A DNA stretch of 39,476 bases from the NCBI GenBank assembly GCA_037138355.1, contig JBAXIL010000013.1, positions 1 to 39,476 of the forward strand. Reading direction: 5' to 3'. Each line of letters begins with the position of its first letter. The first letter of the stretch is position 1. Shown here in pieces: positions 10,200-20,107 of this stretch. This DNA comes from a bacterium. GTDB taxonomy: Bacteria; Oederibacteriota; PGYV01; Palsa-1178. The position numbers were made by a program, and so were the translations under genes. Below the pieces are notes generated by a model. That model searched no databases and had not been told where the DNA came from. It was given only the letters and a program-made list of their open reading frames with translations.

Positions 10200-10931
10200 A
10201 TGCAGAAAATAGTAAAGTACTTAATCGCAGTTTGCTTTTTAGCTGTGGTTATCTATATTCTTAAGTTTTCCCCAATGGCATATTACATTTTTGATGGTCA
10301 TGGGCGCAATGTTTTTGTTGAAAAGTTTCAGGTTTATATGCTTAGTATGGGCGCTTTGGCTCCTGTTATTTTTATTGCTTTCTATTCTGTTTGTCTGCTT
10401 TTATTTATTCCAGCCAGTATTCCTACTTCCATAGGAGGACTCGTCTTTGGTGAGTGGCTTGGTCTTTTATATAATTTGATAGGCGCTATGATAGGCGGAA
10501 CCATGTCGTTTCTACTTGCCAGATACCTACTCAGAGATTTTGCTAAAAAACTTTTAACTATGGGACATTTTAAAACTTTAGATGATAAAGTTGAAGAACA
10601 TGGTTTTTCAATAATGGTATATCTAAGGCTTATGTTTGTGCCTTTTACTTATTTGAGTTTTGCTTCAGGCCTATCAAAAATTCGTTTTAGTCAATTCTTT
10701 TGGGGAACTTTAACAGGTGTAATCCCAGGACTTGCGGTGGTTACATTTTTTATATCTGCTATGAAAGAATTATTGCTGACATATAAAACCCCAGCAGATT
10801 TATTGAGGTTTAATATTATTTTTCCTGCCTGTTTATTTATATTTTCGTTTTTCATTCCAGTCATAATGAAAAAGTTTAAAAAGAAATTTAATGTGACAAA
10901 AGAAATTGAAGAAGAAACTCAAGCAAAATAA
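10200..10931 (+). CDS. TVP38/TMEM64 (DedA/VTT) family membrane protein
   Basis: Multi-TM; GGLVFGxWxG, SFLLARY, YLRLMFVPF, SGLSKIRFSQFFWGT pattern. Confidence 0.85.
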   Translation: MQKIVKYLIAVCFLAVVIYILKFSPMAYYIFDGHGRNVFVEKFQVYMLSMGALAPVIFIAFYSVCLLLFIPASIPTSIGGLVFGEWLGLLYNLIGAMIGGTMSFLLARYLLRDFAKKLLTMGHFKTLDDKVEEHGFSIMVYLRLMFVPFTYLSFASGLSKIRFSQFFWGTLTGVIPGLAVVTFFISAMKELLLTYKTPADLLRFNIIFPACLFIFSFFIPVIMKKFKKKFNVTKEIEEETQAK

Positions 10932-10947
10932 TGATTTGGAGAAATAA

Positions 10948-12093
10948 ATGGAATTAAATGGAAAGCAAGTAATAGTGGCAGGACATGTGACTGAAGTATA
11001 TGGACCAGTACAGGCACTGCGTAATTACCTAATAAAAAAAACAGGGGAATTGATATATATTACCCATCCTTTTGCCTATTCCAAACTTGAAGGAAGTGCT
11101 GCAGAGTTTTATGTGAATGGTAAAGTTACCAACACTGTCAAAGGACACAAACGCGGCGCAAATCAGTTTTTTCAATGGTTATTGGATATGATTTTTAATA
11201 TAAAATTTGTATCAGGATTAAAAACAAAGACAAATGTATTTATCGCTATAGATAATTTGAATGCTTTAACAGCAATAGTATTGAAATGGTTTGGTAAGGT
11301 TGACACAGTGGCGTATTACATCATAGACCACACGCCAAGGCGTTTTGCTAATCCTGTTTTTAACTGGCTTTATGAAACTATAGATGGCTTTGCTTGTAAA
11401 AATAGTGATTATATCTGGTCACTGTCACAAAGAATAGCAGATGCAAAAAATATTAAGTTTAAATTAAAAGGAAGTAATAATATAGTAGTCCCAGTTGGGG
11501 TAGAACTTGATAAGGTAGATGCCTTTACTGTGGAAGAAAAAATCGCAAAAAAAACCATGATACTTATGTCCATGTTGGATGAAACTAAAGGCGTACAACT
11601 TTTGATAGATTCTATGCAGGATATTATAAAAGAAGTTCCAAGTGCTGAGTTGCTTATTATAGGTACAGGACCGTATGAGACAAAATTAAAAGAGCAAGCG
11701 ATAAACTTAAAACTCGAAAAAAATGTCAAGTTCTTAGGACTTATGGACCATGATACTCTATTCAAATTTATTCCTCACCATAGAATAGGGCTGGCTCCAT
11801 ATATAAATGATGCAAATAATTATTCGTGGTATGCTGATCCGACAAAACCTAAAGAATATTTAGGTTGCGGATTGCCTTTGGTGATTACGGATGTGCCTTG
11901 GATTGCAGAAGAGGTAGCCAAAAGACCTATGGGTGTTGTTTGCAAATATGAACGCGTATCACTCGTGGCGGCTTGTGTGAAAATGTTAAAAGATGATGAT
12001 TTTTATAAAATATGCCTAAAAAATTCTATTGATTTTGCTTCAACACTTTCATGGGTAGTAATCTATGATAAGATTTTTAATGAAATGAAGTAG
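10948..12093 (+). CDS. Glycosyltransferase family 4 (GT-B)
   Basis: KGVQLLI, LLIIGTGP, VKFLG, PTKPKEYLGCGLPLV. Confidence 0.88.
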   Translation: MELNGKQVIVAGHVTEVYGPVQALRNYLIKKTGELIYITHPFAYSKLEGSAAEFYVNGKVTNTVKGHKRGANQFFQWLLDMIFNIKFVSGLKTKTNVFIAIDNLNALTAIVLKWFGKVDTVAYYIIDHTPRRFANPVFNWLYETIDGFACKNSDYIWSLSQRIADAKNIKFKLKGSNNIVVPVGVELDKVDAFTVEEKIAKKTMILMSMLDETKGVQLLIDSMQDIIKEVPSAELLIIGTGPYETKLKEQAINLKLEKNVKFLGLMDHDTLFKFIPHHRIGLAPYINDANNYSWYADPTKPKEYLGCGLPLVITDVPWIAEEVAKRPMGVVCKYERVSLVAACVKMLKDDDFYKICLKNSIDFASTLSWVVIYDKIFNEMK

Positions 12094-12246
12094 GTTTTAA
12101 GACCTGTTAGTTTTGTTGATAATTGGCATAAAAATAAGGCAAATAACTGATTTGATAGATTGAAGAAAACTTTATTTATCTCGCAATTAGCACTAATTTT
12201 TTATATAATAATTTCATAAATTGAATTTAATTTTGAGGAGGCAATA

Positions 12247-13308
12247 ATGGCAAAACTGATTGTAACTGGTGGTTGTGGCTTTTTAGGTTTTCATGTCTGT
12301 TTGAAGCTTCAAAAGAAATATTCAAAGATTCTGGTTTTAGATATAGATGAGTTTAGAAAAGAAGAATATCCAAAGAATGTAGAATATAAAAAGGTAGATG
12401 TAAGAGATTTGGCAACCTTGAAAAAAGTTTTTAAAGGTTATGATGCAGTAGTTCATGCTGCGGCCGCGCTTCCTCTATGGAAAGAAAAAGATATATACAC
12501 TGTCAATCTTGACGGCATGCGCAATGTCCTTGAAGCTGCCAAAGCAAATAAAATAAATAGAGTGGTTCAGGTAAGCTCCACAGCAGTTTACGGAGTGCCA
12601 GATCATCATCCACTTTATGAAACAGATGAGCTAATCGGAGTAGGTCCATACGGCATAACAAAAATTAAAGCAGAAGCGATATGCGAAGAGTATAGAAAAA
12701 AAGGAATGGTTATTGGCATAGTAAGACCAAAGACCTTCATAGGAACAGAACGCCTTGGCGTGTTTCAAATATTATATGATTGGGTGGAAGCCGGAGCTTT
12801 AATTCCTACAATAGGAAACGGAAGAAACCGTTATCAGCTTTTAGAAGTTGGTGATTTGGTAGATGCTATTTATTTACTTTTGACAAAGCCAGCTAAAATA
12901 GCAAATGATACTTATAATGTAGGCGCGAAAAATACAAAACCGATAGAAGATTATCTAATGGCATTTTTCAAGAGCGTTAATTCAAAATCAAGAGTAATGA
13001 AAACTCCAGCAGGGCTTTTAATATTTTTTCTTGAAATGTTTTGGATATTGCGCATATCACCACTTTATAAATGGGTATATGGCACAGCACACAAAGATTC
13101 TTTTGTCTCAATAGAAAAAGCTGAGAAAAAACTTGGATGGAAACCAAAATTTACAGAAGCGCAGGCGCTAAAGCATGCCTATGATTGGTATAAGAAACAT
13201 GAAAATGAAGTTAAAGGCGCGTCAGGTATTACACACAGAGTTGCATGGAAACAGGGAATACTGGCACCGTTTAAAGCAATAGCGGTTTGGTTAAATCCAA
13301 ATAAATAG
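12247..13308 (+). CDS. NAD-dependent epimerase/dehydratase (extended SDR)
   Basis: VTGGCGFLG, VVHAAA, SSTAVYG, YGITK (YxxxK). Confidence 0.9.
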   Translation: MAKLIVTGGCGFLGFHVCLKLQKKYSKILVLDIDEFRKEEYPKNVEYKKVDVRDLATLKKVFKGYDAVVHAAAALPLWKEKDIYTVNLDGMRNVLEAAKANKINRVVQVSSTAVYGVPDHHPLYETDELIGVGPYGITKIKAEAICEEYRKKGMVIGIVRPKTFIGTERLGVFQILYDWVEAGALIPTIGNGRNRYQLLEVGDLVDAIYLLLTKPAKIANDTYNVGAKNTKPIEDYLMAFFKSVNSKSRVMKTPAGLLIFFLEMFWILRISPLYKWVYGTAHKDSFVSIEKAEKKLGWKPKFTEAQALKHAYDWYKKHENEVKGASGITHRVAWKQGILAPFKAIAVWLNPNK

Positions 13309-13347
13309 AAGTTTAGAAGAGTAGTAAATAATTAGGGGGATATAATA

Positions 13348-14169
13348 ATGAAGATTGGACTTGCACTTGGTGGCGGAGCGGTTTATGGCTATGCTCACAT
13401 AGGCGTCATAAAAGTGCTTGAGGCAAATGGAATAAAACCTGAGTTTATCGCAGGCACTTCTATAGGCGCATTAATGGGTGGTTTATATGCTTCTGGAGTT
13501 CCTATAGCCGAAGTAGAAAAAATTTCAAAAGAATTCAAATGGCAAGAAATCATTAATGTTACAATTCCTACTGAAGGTCTTATGTCCATAGATAAGCTAA
13601 AAAGCTTCATGGAAAAACATGCAAAATGTAAGGAAATTGAAGACACTAAAATTAAGTTTGTAGCAGTAGCGACAAATCTTCTAAATGGCAAGGAACGGAT
13701 TTTTGATGAAGGGTCTTTAGGACTTGCGATAAGGGCAAGCTGTTCTTTACCCGCTATCTTTACGCCTGCTATATATGATGATGGTGTGTATGTAGATGGT
13801 GGGATAATAAATAATGTTCCGATAAGCGTGGTAAAAAATATGGGCGCTGATTTTATAATTGGGGTAGATGTGACTGCTAAGGCAAAACCAAATGTAATAA
13901 AAAATCATGATATATTTAATATAGTGTGGCAGAGCTTTCTTATAATGATACAGGAAAACAGCAGCTTTAAGTCATATAAGGATGCTGATTTTTTGATTGT
14001 TCCTGATATAAAGAACTTTGCACCTTTTGACTTGTCCCAAAGGGAAAGAATTATCAAAAAAGGTGAAGAAGCAGCAGAAAAAGAAATAGGAAATATACTG
14101 GCAAAGATAAAGGAAAAAGGGTCTTTATTAGGAAAAGTAAAGGATATTTTAAGCAAGGAAATATCTTAA
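13348..14169 (+). CDS. Patatin-like phospholipase
   Basis: LALGGGA, GTSIG nucleophile elbow, DGG motif. Confidence 0.92.
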   Translation: MKIGLALGGGAVYGYAHIGVIKVLEANGIKPEFIAGTSIGALMGGLYASGVPIAEVEKISKEFKWQEIINVTIPTEGLMSIDKLKSFMEKHAKCKEIEDTKIKFVAVATNLLNGKERIFDEGSLGLAIRASCSLPAIFTPAIYDDGVYVDGGIINNVPISVVKNMGADFIIGVDVTAKAKPNVIKNHDIFNIVWQSFLIMIQENSSFKSYKDADFLIVPDIKNFAPFDLSQRERIIKKGEEAAEKEIGNILAKIKEKGSLLGKVKDILSKEIS

Positions 14170-14210
14170 TCGTATATCAGTTTTTTTAAAGGGTTTTATT
14201 AAAATTAACA

Positions 14211-14239
14211 TTGACATACATGAAAAAAGTTATTATAAT
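14211..14239 (+). promoter_or_regulatory. Consensus sigma70 promoter for tRNA-Gly (and probably the LysM gene)
   Basis: Perfect TTGACA (14211-14216), 17 bp, TATAAT (14234-14239). Confidence 0.85.
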
Positions 14240-14258
14240 TAAAACGATTTTTTAACAC

Positions 14259-14333
14259 GCGGGAATAGCTCAGTGGTAGAGCGTCTCGTTGCCAACGAGA
14301 AGGTCGCGGGTTCGAGCCCCGTTTCCCGCTCCA
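14259..14333 (+). tRNA. tRNA-Gly(GCC)
   Basis: Cloverleaf: GCGGGAA/TTCCCGC acceptor, TCTCG-TTGCCAA-CGAGA anticodon arm, TTCGAGC T-loop, encoded CCA. Confidence 0.97.
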
Positions 14334-14381
14334 ATTTTGAATAAAAGAACGATATAAATATATCTTGAGGAGGTCGGATTC

Positions 14382-15218
14382 ATGTTTAAAAGACTTGGGT
14401 TATTTATACTTGTAGCATCATTTCTTGCACTATTTTTTGTAATGCCTATTGCAGTACATGCGGATGATTTTGCTTTACCACCGCCACCAGACGCAAATGA
14501 GGAATTATTACCTCCTCCTCCAGGTGATTCAGGAATGGGAGATGAAGCATTACCACCACCTCCACAAGAAGCAGCAGAAGTAGCTCCAGGAGATGAAGTT
14601 CCACCACCTCCGAGTGACAATGCAAGCACAGAACTTCCACCACCTCCGAGCGATAATGTAAACACAGAACTTCCACCGCCTCCAGGTGAAGAAACAAGCG
14701 CAGAACTTCCACCGCCTCCAGGTGAAGAAACAAGTGCAGAACTTCCACCGCCTCCAGGTGAAGAAACAAGTGCAGAACTTCCACCACCTCCAGGTGAAGA
14801 AACAAGTGCAGAACTTCCACCACCTCCAGGTGAAGAAATTGCAGCTCCTCTAGAAAAAGAAGTAGTGGCACCAGCATTTGTTGCTGAAGAAGAAGCTCCA
14901 GCAAGAGTTGTAAAAAAAGAAGTAGAAGTTAAGGCTCCTTCAGCTGGAACAGGAGTATATACAGTTAATAAAGGCGAAAGTCTTTGGCGCATATCAGGAA
15001 AAGATTCAGTATATGGCAATTCTTTCAAATGGCCTTTAGTATTTAAGGCAAATAAAACATCAATTGAAGATCCTGATTTGATTTATCCAAGACAGGCTTT
15101 GAAAATCAGCAAGAAGTTCTCAGCTGACGAAGAAGCAGATGCAGTAGGAAAAGCAAAAGAAACAGCACCTTATGAACCTCACTCAGAACCAAGAAAGTCA
15201 CTTCCTATCAAGTATTAA
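14382..15218 (+). CDS. Secreted LysM peptidoglycan-binding protein with acidic proline-rich repeats
   Basis: Signal peptide ending AVHA; ten PPPP runs; LysM YTVNKGESLWRIS...WPLVFKANK...DPDLIYP; GGAGG RBS. Confidence 0.9.
   Translation: MFKRLGLFILVASFLALFFVMPIAVHADDFALPPPPDANEELLPPPPGDSGMGDEALPPPPQEAAEVAPGDEVPPPPSDNASTELPPPPSDNVNTELPPPPGEETSAELPPPPGEETSAELPPPPGEETSAELPPPPGEETSAELPPPPGEEIAAPLEKEVVAPAFVAEEEAPARVVKKEVEVKAPSAGTGVYTVNKGESLWRISGKDSVYGNSFKWPLVFKANKTSIEDPDLIYPRQALKISKKFSADEEADAVGKAKETAPYEPHSEPRKSLPIKY
14601..14837 (+). repeat. 36-bp coding tandem repeat (about 6.6 copies; PPPPGEETSAEL unit)
   Basis: CCACCRCCTCCAGGTGAAGAAACAAGTGCAGAACTT repeated with 36-bp period. Confidence 0.95.
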
Positions 15219-15240
15219 TTGATAGCTTAGATATGTTTTA

Positions 15241-15270
15241 AAAGGGCCCCTGAAAAGGGGCCTTTTTTAT
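15241..15270 (+). terminator. Rho-independent terminator
   Basis: AAAGGGCCCCT-GAAA-AGGGGCCTTT hairpin followed by T-run. Confidence 0.85.
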
Positions 15271-15344
15271 TTTATAATGTTTTACATTTTTTTTAAAATT
15301 GTTATTACATCAATAAAACTTGAGATATTTTGCTTCTAAATATG

Positions 15345-15373
15345 TTGACATAAGGCCTATTTTTGTTAATAAT
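15345..15373 (+). promoter_or_regulatory. Possible sigma70 promoter for the TPR-TonB operon
   Basis: TTGACA at 15345-15350 followed 16-17 bp later by TAATAAT. Confidence 0.5.
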
Positions 15374-15407
15374 AAATTGTTATAAACTTATATGAATACG
15401 AGGGAAA

Positions 15408-18377
15408 ATGAGAAAAATATTCTATATTATAGTCTTTACGGTTGTATTTTTTATTATGTCTATTCAGGTCTTCGCGCAACCACCAGAGCTTCAATATAAT
15501 CTTGCCCATTCTTTGTTTTTGAAGAGTAATTACACATTGTCGGAGACACTTTTTAATTCTTTTACAACACTCAGGCCAGAAGATCCGCTTGCTGGAAGTG
15601 CCCGTTTTATGGCAGGAGAAACAGAGTATGCTACAGGACAGTATCGCTTAGCTTTAGAATCCTATAAGTCAATAACAGAAAAATATAGCGAATCAGCAAA
15701 TAAATATAAAAAAGAAATCTATTTCAGGTCGGCGGAGTGTTATTCGCAACTTAAGGATTATGAGAAAGCTATCAAATACATAAACCTTTTGCTTAAAGAT
15801 TATGCAGGTTCTTATTTGACAAAAGATGCCTATTTGTTACTTGGCGAAAATATGTTTTTAACAGAAAATTATTCTGGTGCTATTGATGCATTAAATCACA
15901 TGGATGATTTTACAGATTATACACATTTTGATTATGTATACTATCTTAAAGGAAGAGCATATTATGAAAAGTCCTTGACCGAAGCTGGAGATCTAAAAAA
16001 TGATAGTTCAGAAGCTATCAAGTATTTTAATCGCGTTAAAAATGAGTTTCCTTCGAGTAAAATAATAAATCATTCGGAATTTAGAAAAGCCAATGTTTAT
16101 TATGCTATAAAACAATATGACCGTTCAATAAAGATAATAACTGGACTTATAGAGAAAGAGGATGATTATAAGTTTAAAATACTTATGAAATACTTTCTGG
16201 CATGGAACTACTATATGACAAAACAGTATAATAAGGCTGTAAGTATTTATGACACTATAATTACAGACAATGAAACTGATCTTTTAGCTACTTGGTCTGA
16301 ATATAAAAAAGGTTTGTGTTTTGAGGGGGCTGGTGACGATGTAAAGGCACTTGTACAGTATAATATAGTTATTGATAAGTATCCTAATACAATTCCTTCT
16401 GCTTATTCGCAATATGCGATAGCTCAGTATTATTATAATCGTGGAAATTATGATGATGCATTGATGCAGTTTAATGATGTAATGTCAAAATATTCCGTCG
16501 AGGAATTAAATCGTGCGGCTTTATTTATGACTGCAGATATTAATGTTACTCAGGAAAACTTTGGAAGAGCTAAAGATATATATGAACGGATTTCAAAAGA
16601 ATATGTTGCTGATAAGTTTACAGCCCGTTTTCTTCAGGGCTGGTGCATGTATAAGTCCGCTGACTATGCAGGGTCAATTAAAATATATTTGGACATCATA
16701 GCCGATGCTGCAGCACCTGAAGAAATAAAAGCAAAGGCCATGCTCAAAGTCGGAGATGATTATTATGAAATGGGTAATATGGGAAATGCAAGTAAGTATT
16801 ATGATTATGTTATTGATACTTATTCAAAATATAATGATGTGAAGGCAGAGGCGTATTATGGCAAAGGCTGGCTACTATATACTGCAAATAAATACGAAGA
16901 GGCCTTAAAAGTTTTTGAAAATGTAAAACTTCTTGTTAATGATAAAGAAATAAAGCTAAGAGCGGATTTTATGCGTGCCAATACTTATTATGTACTTAAC
17001 AAATTTGATACTGCTCTGGATTTATTTACAAATATTATGGGTCAAAAAATAATTTCGAAATCCATGAAAGACGATTCTATTTTCTATGCTGCATGGTGCT
17101 ATTATAGGAAGGAAAGCTTTCAACAGGCTGCCGACTTATGGGGTAGGTTCCAATCGCAGATTACAGATTCTGTAAAAAAAGCAGAAGCACAATACCGTAT
17201 TGGTTGGTGCTATTTTAGAATGAATGACTTTGATAAAGCCATAGCTTCTTTTGCTGTGATACTTGACCAGTATAAAAACACTCATTTATATCAAGAAGCC
17301 ATACTGAAAACTGGAGATTCTTATTATAATAAAAAAGATTATGAGAAGGCGATAGTTTATTATAAAGAATTGGTTGATAATTATCCTGACCACTATCGTG
17401 TTGGGGAGGCTCTTTATGGAATACAGTGGTCATATTATCAGTTAAATCAGCCAGAAAAAGCCATAGAACTTTCAAAGCAGTTTGTTGATAAATATCCGGA
17501 CTCAAGTTTTACTCCAGAGATACAATATAGAATAGCAGAACACTATTTTAATAATTCTAAGTTTGATACAGCTGTGACAGAGTTCCGCAGGTTCATAGAC
17601 AAAAATCCAAAAAATGAGCTCGCTGATAATGCTTATTATTGGATGGGTGTTTCGTATATGAGTCTTAAAACTTATGGGGAAGCAGTAAATGCTTTTAAAG
17701 ATATGATAATAAGGTATCCAGACACCCCGTTTGCTGAAAAAGCGGCATTTAAGAGCGCTGGATGTTATTATAAGCAGCGAGATTTTACGAATGCAATTAC
17801 TGAGTATACTAACTTTATTGAAAAATATAAGGATTCAAAATTTATAGCAGAGGCATATTTTAATTTGGCCATGTCTTACAAAAGAAATAATGATATTATA
17901 AATACAGAAAAATGGTACCAAAAGTTGATAGCCGAGTATAAAGATTCTGAGTTGTTTGAGCGTGCCAATATGAACTTGGCATATATGTATCAGGATAATA
18001 AAGATTATGAAAAGGCAATTGCAGTATTTAAGTTTGTGGTTGAATTAAAGAAAACAAAGGCCGCTGAGGCACAGTATTGGATAGCGGATTGTTATAATTC
18101 TCAAAAAGATACAGAGAATGCAATAATTAATTACCTATTGGTATATGATAATTTCAAAACAGAAGAGCTTTGGGTTATATCTTCGCTTGATGCTGCTGGA
18201 AAGCTTTATGAGAAAAATGGAGATTTGAAAGCTGCAATAAATACTTATAAAAAAATACTGCTTGCATCTAAGCTTCCTAAATATACAGAGACGGCTAAGA
18301 AAAAAATAGAGCTTCTTAATGAACAGTATAAATTATTAAACCCAGTTCCAACGGGTATTCCTGTGAAAGGAAAATAG
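15408..18377 (+). CDS. Large secreted tetratricopeptide-repeat protein (CpoB/BamD-like repeats)
   Basis: Signal peptide (VFA-Q); TPRs along the entire length with recurring YPxS...A.Y.IG/A..YY pattern. Confidence 0.9.
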   Translation: MRKIFYIIVFTVVFFIMSIQVFAQPPELQYNLAHSLFLKSNYTLSETLFNSFTTLRPEDPLAGSARFMAGETEYATGQYRLALESYKSITEKYSESANKYKKEIYFRSAECYSQLKDYEKAIKYINLLLKDYAGSYLTKDAYLLLGENMFLTENYSGAIDALNHMDDFTDYTHFDYVYYLKGRAYYEKSLTEAGDLKNDSSEAIKYFNRVKNEFPSSKIINHSEFRKANVYYAIKQYDRSIKIITGLIEKEDDYKFKILMKYFLAWNYYMTKQYNKAVSIYDTIITDNETDLLATWSEYKKGLCFEGAGDDVKALVQYNIVIDKYPNTIPSAYSQYAIAQYYYNRGNYDDALMQFNDVMSKYSVEELNRAALFMTADINVTQENFGRAKDIYERISKEYVADKFTARFLQGWCMYKSADYAGSIKIYLDIIADAAAPEEIKAKAMLKVGDDYYEMGNMGNASKYYDYVIDTYSKYNDVKAEAYYGKGWLLYTANKYEEALKVFENVKLLVNDKEIKLRADFMRANTYYVLNKFDTALDLFTNIMGQKIISKSMKDDSIFYAAWCYYRKESFQQAADLWGRFQSQITDSVKKAEAQYRIGWCYFRMNDFDKAIASFAVILDQYKNTHLYQEAILKTGDSYYNKKDYEKAIVYYKELVDNYPDHYRVGEALYGIQWSYYQLNQPEKAIELSKQFVDKYPDSSFTPEIQYRIAEHYFNNSKFDTAVTEFRRFIDKNPKNELADNAYYWMGVSYMSLKTYGEAVNAFKDMIIRYPDTPFAEKAAFKSAGCYYKQRDFTNAITEYTNFIEKYKDSKFIAEAYFNLAMSYKRNNDIINTEKWYQKLIAEYKDSELFERANMNLAYMYQDNKDYEKAIAVFKFVVELKKTKAAEAQYWIADCYNSQKDTENAIINYLLVYDNFKTEELWVISSLDAAGKLYEKNGDLKAAINTYKKILLASKLPKYTETAKKKIELLNEQYKLLNPVPTGIPVKGK

Positions 18378-18379
18378 AA

Positions 18380-20095
18380 TTGAAAAAAATATTATTTGTT
18401 ATATGTTGCCTTGTGGCGTCTTGCTTTATTTTTGCGGCGGAGGCAGCAAGTCCTGAAGCAGATACTATAACTGACATACAGGAAAAAGTTTCTTTTGAAA
18501 AAGGAGCATATACTACTGATGCGGAAGGTAATACAACTGCTGTAAAAAAGGACACTGGATTTGATTTTAAAGTGCCTGAGATAAGGATAAGCGGACAGGT
18601 GGATACTAAGATTATGTTAAAGAGAGAAATACATTCTCTGGAAGATTTGCAGAGTGTGAAAAATATATTGTATGAGAAAGAAAAAGTTTACATGCCTGAT
18701 TATTATCTAAAAGAAGAAGCTCTGTCACCAAAAGCACAAAATCTTTCGGCTGATAGAGATTTTATAGGGCAGCTGACATTAGGTGTTGGTAGCTATACTA
18801 ATATACTTCTTAACGGTATTGTAGGAAAAGTTTTTGACAAAGACAATAAAGCAATTCTTGGAATAAATCACGATAATTATTCAAAAAACAATATAAATAA
18901 TAAAGTGATATACGATAACCTTAATTCTTGCGATTTTCTCTATGCTACCAAATATGATTTTATTGATGCAACATATCGTTTTGATGCAGACATAAGTTCA
19001 TATGGTAATCCATATTCAGACACAGTCTTGAATGTGTTTAATAAGGAAATGGACACTACAGATCTTTCTTTTATGGCGAGCTTTTCTGGGAAAGCTGCAG
19101 AATATGGTTTTTCTGGCAATGTAGGTTACACTTATTTTAATTCTCAAAATGATTTAAAACAAAAAATATATAAAGAAAATAGGACCATGATTTCTGCTTC
19201 TTTGGATAGGAACTTTGATATTGAAAATGAAACAAAAATCAAGCTCGTGTCATCTCTTAATTTTTGGGCGGCAGAGCAGCTAATGGAAGGTGCGGTTTAT
19301 CAAGGAGTTTTAAATACTGACCTTTTGATAAAAGGGATACTATATTTTGAACCATTAGTAGTTCAGGCAGGTATTAGAATAGTTGATTACAAATTAACTG
19401 ACAATAATTTTTATCTTGGTCTGTATGCCAATGCTAATTATGACATACTTCCAAATGTTTCTATATATGCAGCTATGGATCCTACTATGCGTGCACCAGA
19501 TTATATACTTACAAGCCCAGGTAAATTTATTGCTCCTAATGCCTCACTAAAACCAAGCTCGGATTTGCTTGATATAAGAACTGGTATTAACTGGAATCTG
19601 GAAAGTATTTTTCTAAATGCTTACTGGGGCTATAAAATAGAAAAAAATGCACTTATGAATAATGAAGTTTTAAACGCAAAATATTTTACCCTTATAAATA
19701 ATGACCTTGAATATGATTATGCAGGTTTAAGCATAGAAACACAGAAAGTACAAAATATCAGTTTTGTTGCAGCGTATGAATATAAAAATTTAATCAATAT
19801 AGCTACTTACAGACAAACATACTTGCCGAATAATGAGCTTTCACTAAAAACGGCATTTGAACTTAATGAATGGAAATTTGATCTTACAATGAAAATGATG
19901 AGTAGCTTCATGGGCACACAGACAGAAAAAGCAGGAGCATATGCAAATATAGATGTCGCTGTTTCAAATAAAATCAATGAAATGCTAACAATTACTGGTT
20001 ATATAAATAACTTATTGAATAATAACTATTATCTGTTATATTATTACAAAGAAAAAAATATTAACTTTGGTTTTGATCTAACTTTAAACTTCTAA
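18380..20095 (+). CDS. Putative outer-membrane beta-barrel protein (TonB-dependent-receptor-like)
   Basis: Signal peptide; alternating aromatic strands; NNLLN motif and C-terminal FGFDLTLNF beta-signal; possible TonB box VPEIRISG; TTG start. Confidence 0.7.
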   Translation: MKKILFVICCLVASCFIFAAEAASPEADTITDIQEKVSFEKGAYTTDAEGNTTAVKKDTGFDFKVPEIRISGQVDTKIMLKREIHSLEDLQSVKNILYEKEKVYMPDYYLKEEALSPKAQNLSADRDFIGQLTLGVGSYTNILLNGIVGKVFDKDNKAILGINHDNYSKNNINNKVIYDNLNSCDFLYATKYDFIDATYRFDADISSYGNPYSDTVLNVFNKEMDTTDLSFMASFSGKAAEYGFSGNVGYTYFNSQNDLKQKIYKENRTMISASLDRNFDIENETKIKLVSSLNFWAAEQLMEGAVYQGVLNTDLLIKGILYFEPLVVQAGIRIVDYKLTDNNFYLGLYANANYDILPNVSIYAAMDPTMRAPDYILTSPGKFIAPNASLKPSSDLLDIRTGINWNLESIFLNAYWGYKIEKNALMNNEVLNAKYFTLINNDLEYDYAGLSIETQKVQNISFVAAYEYKNLINIATYRQTYLPNNELSLKTAFELNEWKFDLTMKMMSSFMGTQTEKAGAYANIDVAVSNKINEMLTITGYINNLLNNNYYLLYYYKEKNINFGFDLTLNF

Positions 20096-20107
20096 GGAGG
20101 CACAGTC

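Noticed and set aside
14259..14381. tRNA-Gly as an island integration site
   Set aside because: No integrase, no duplicate of its 3' end seen in the window, and the downstream genes look native
14601..14837. 36-bp repeat as a CRISPR or non-coding array
   Set aside because: Contiguous in-frame coding repeat with no unique spacers
14270..15028. Minus-strand 252-aa Gly/Ser-repeat ORF and 152-aa ORF 14446-14904
   Set aside because: Antisense shadows of the proline repeat; the longer one also overlaps tRNA-Gly. The plus-strand ORF has an RBS, signal peptide and LysM domain
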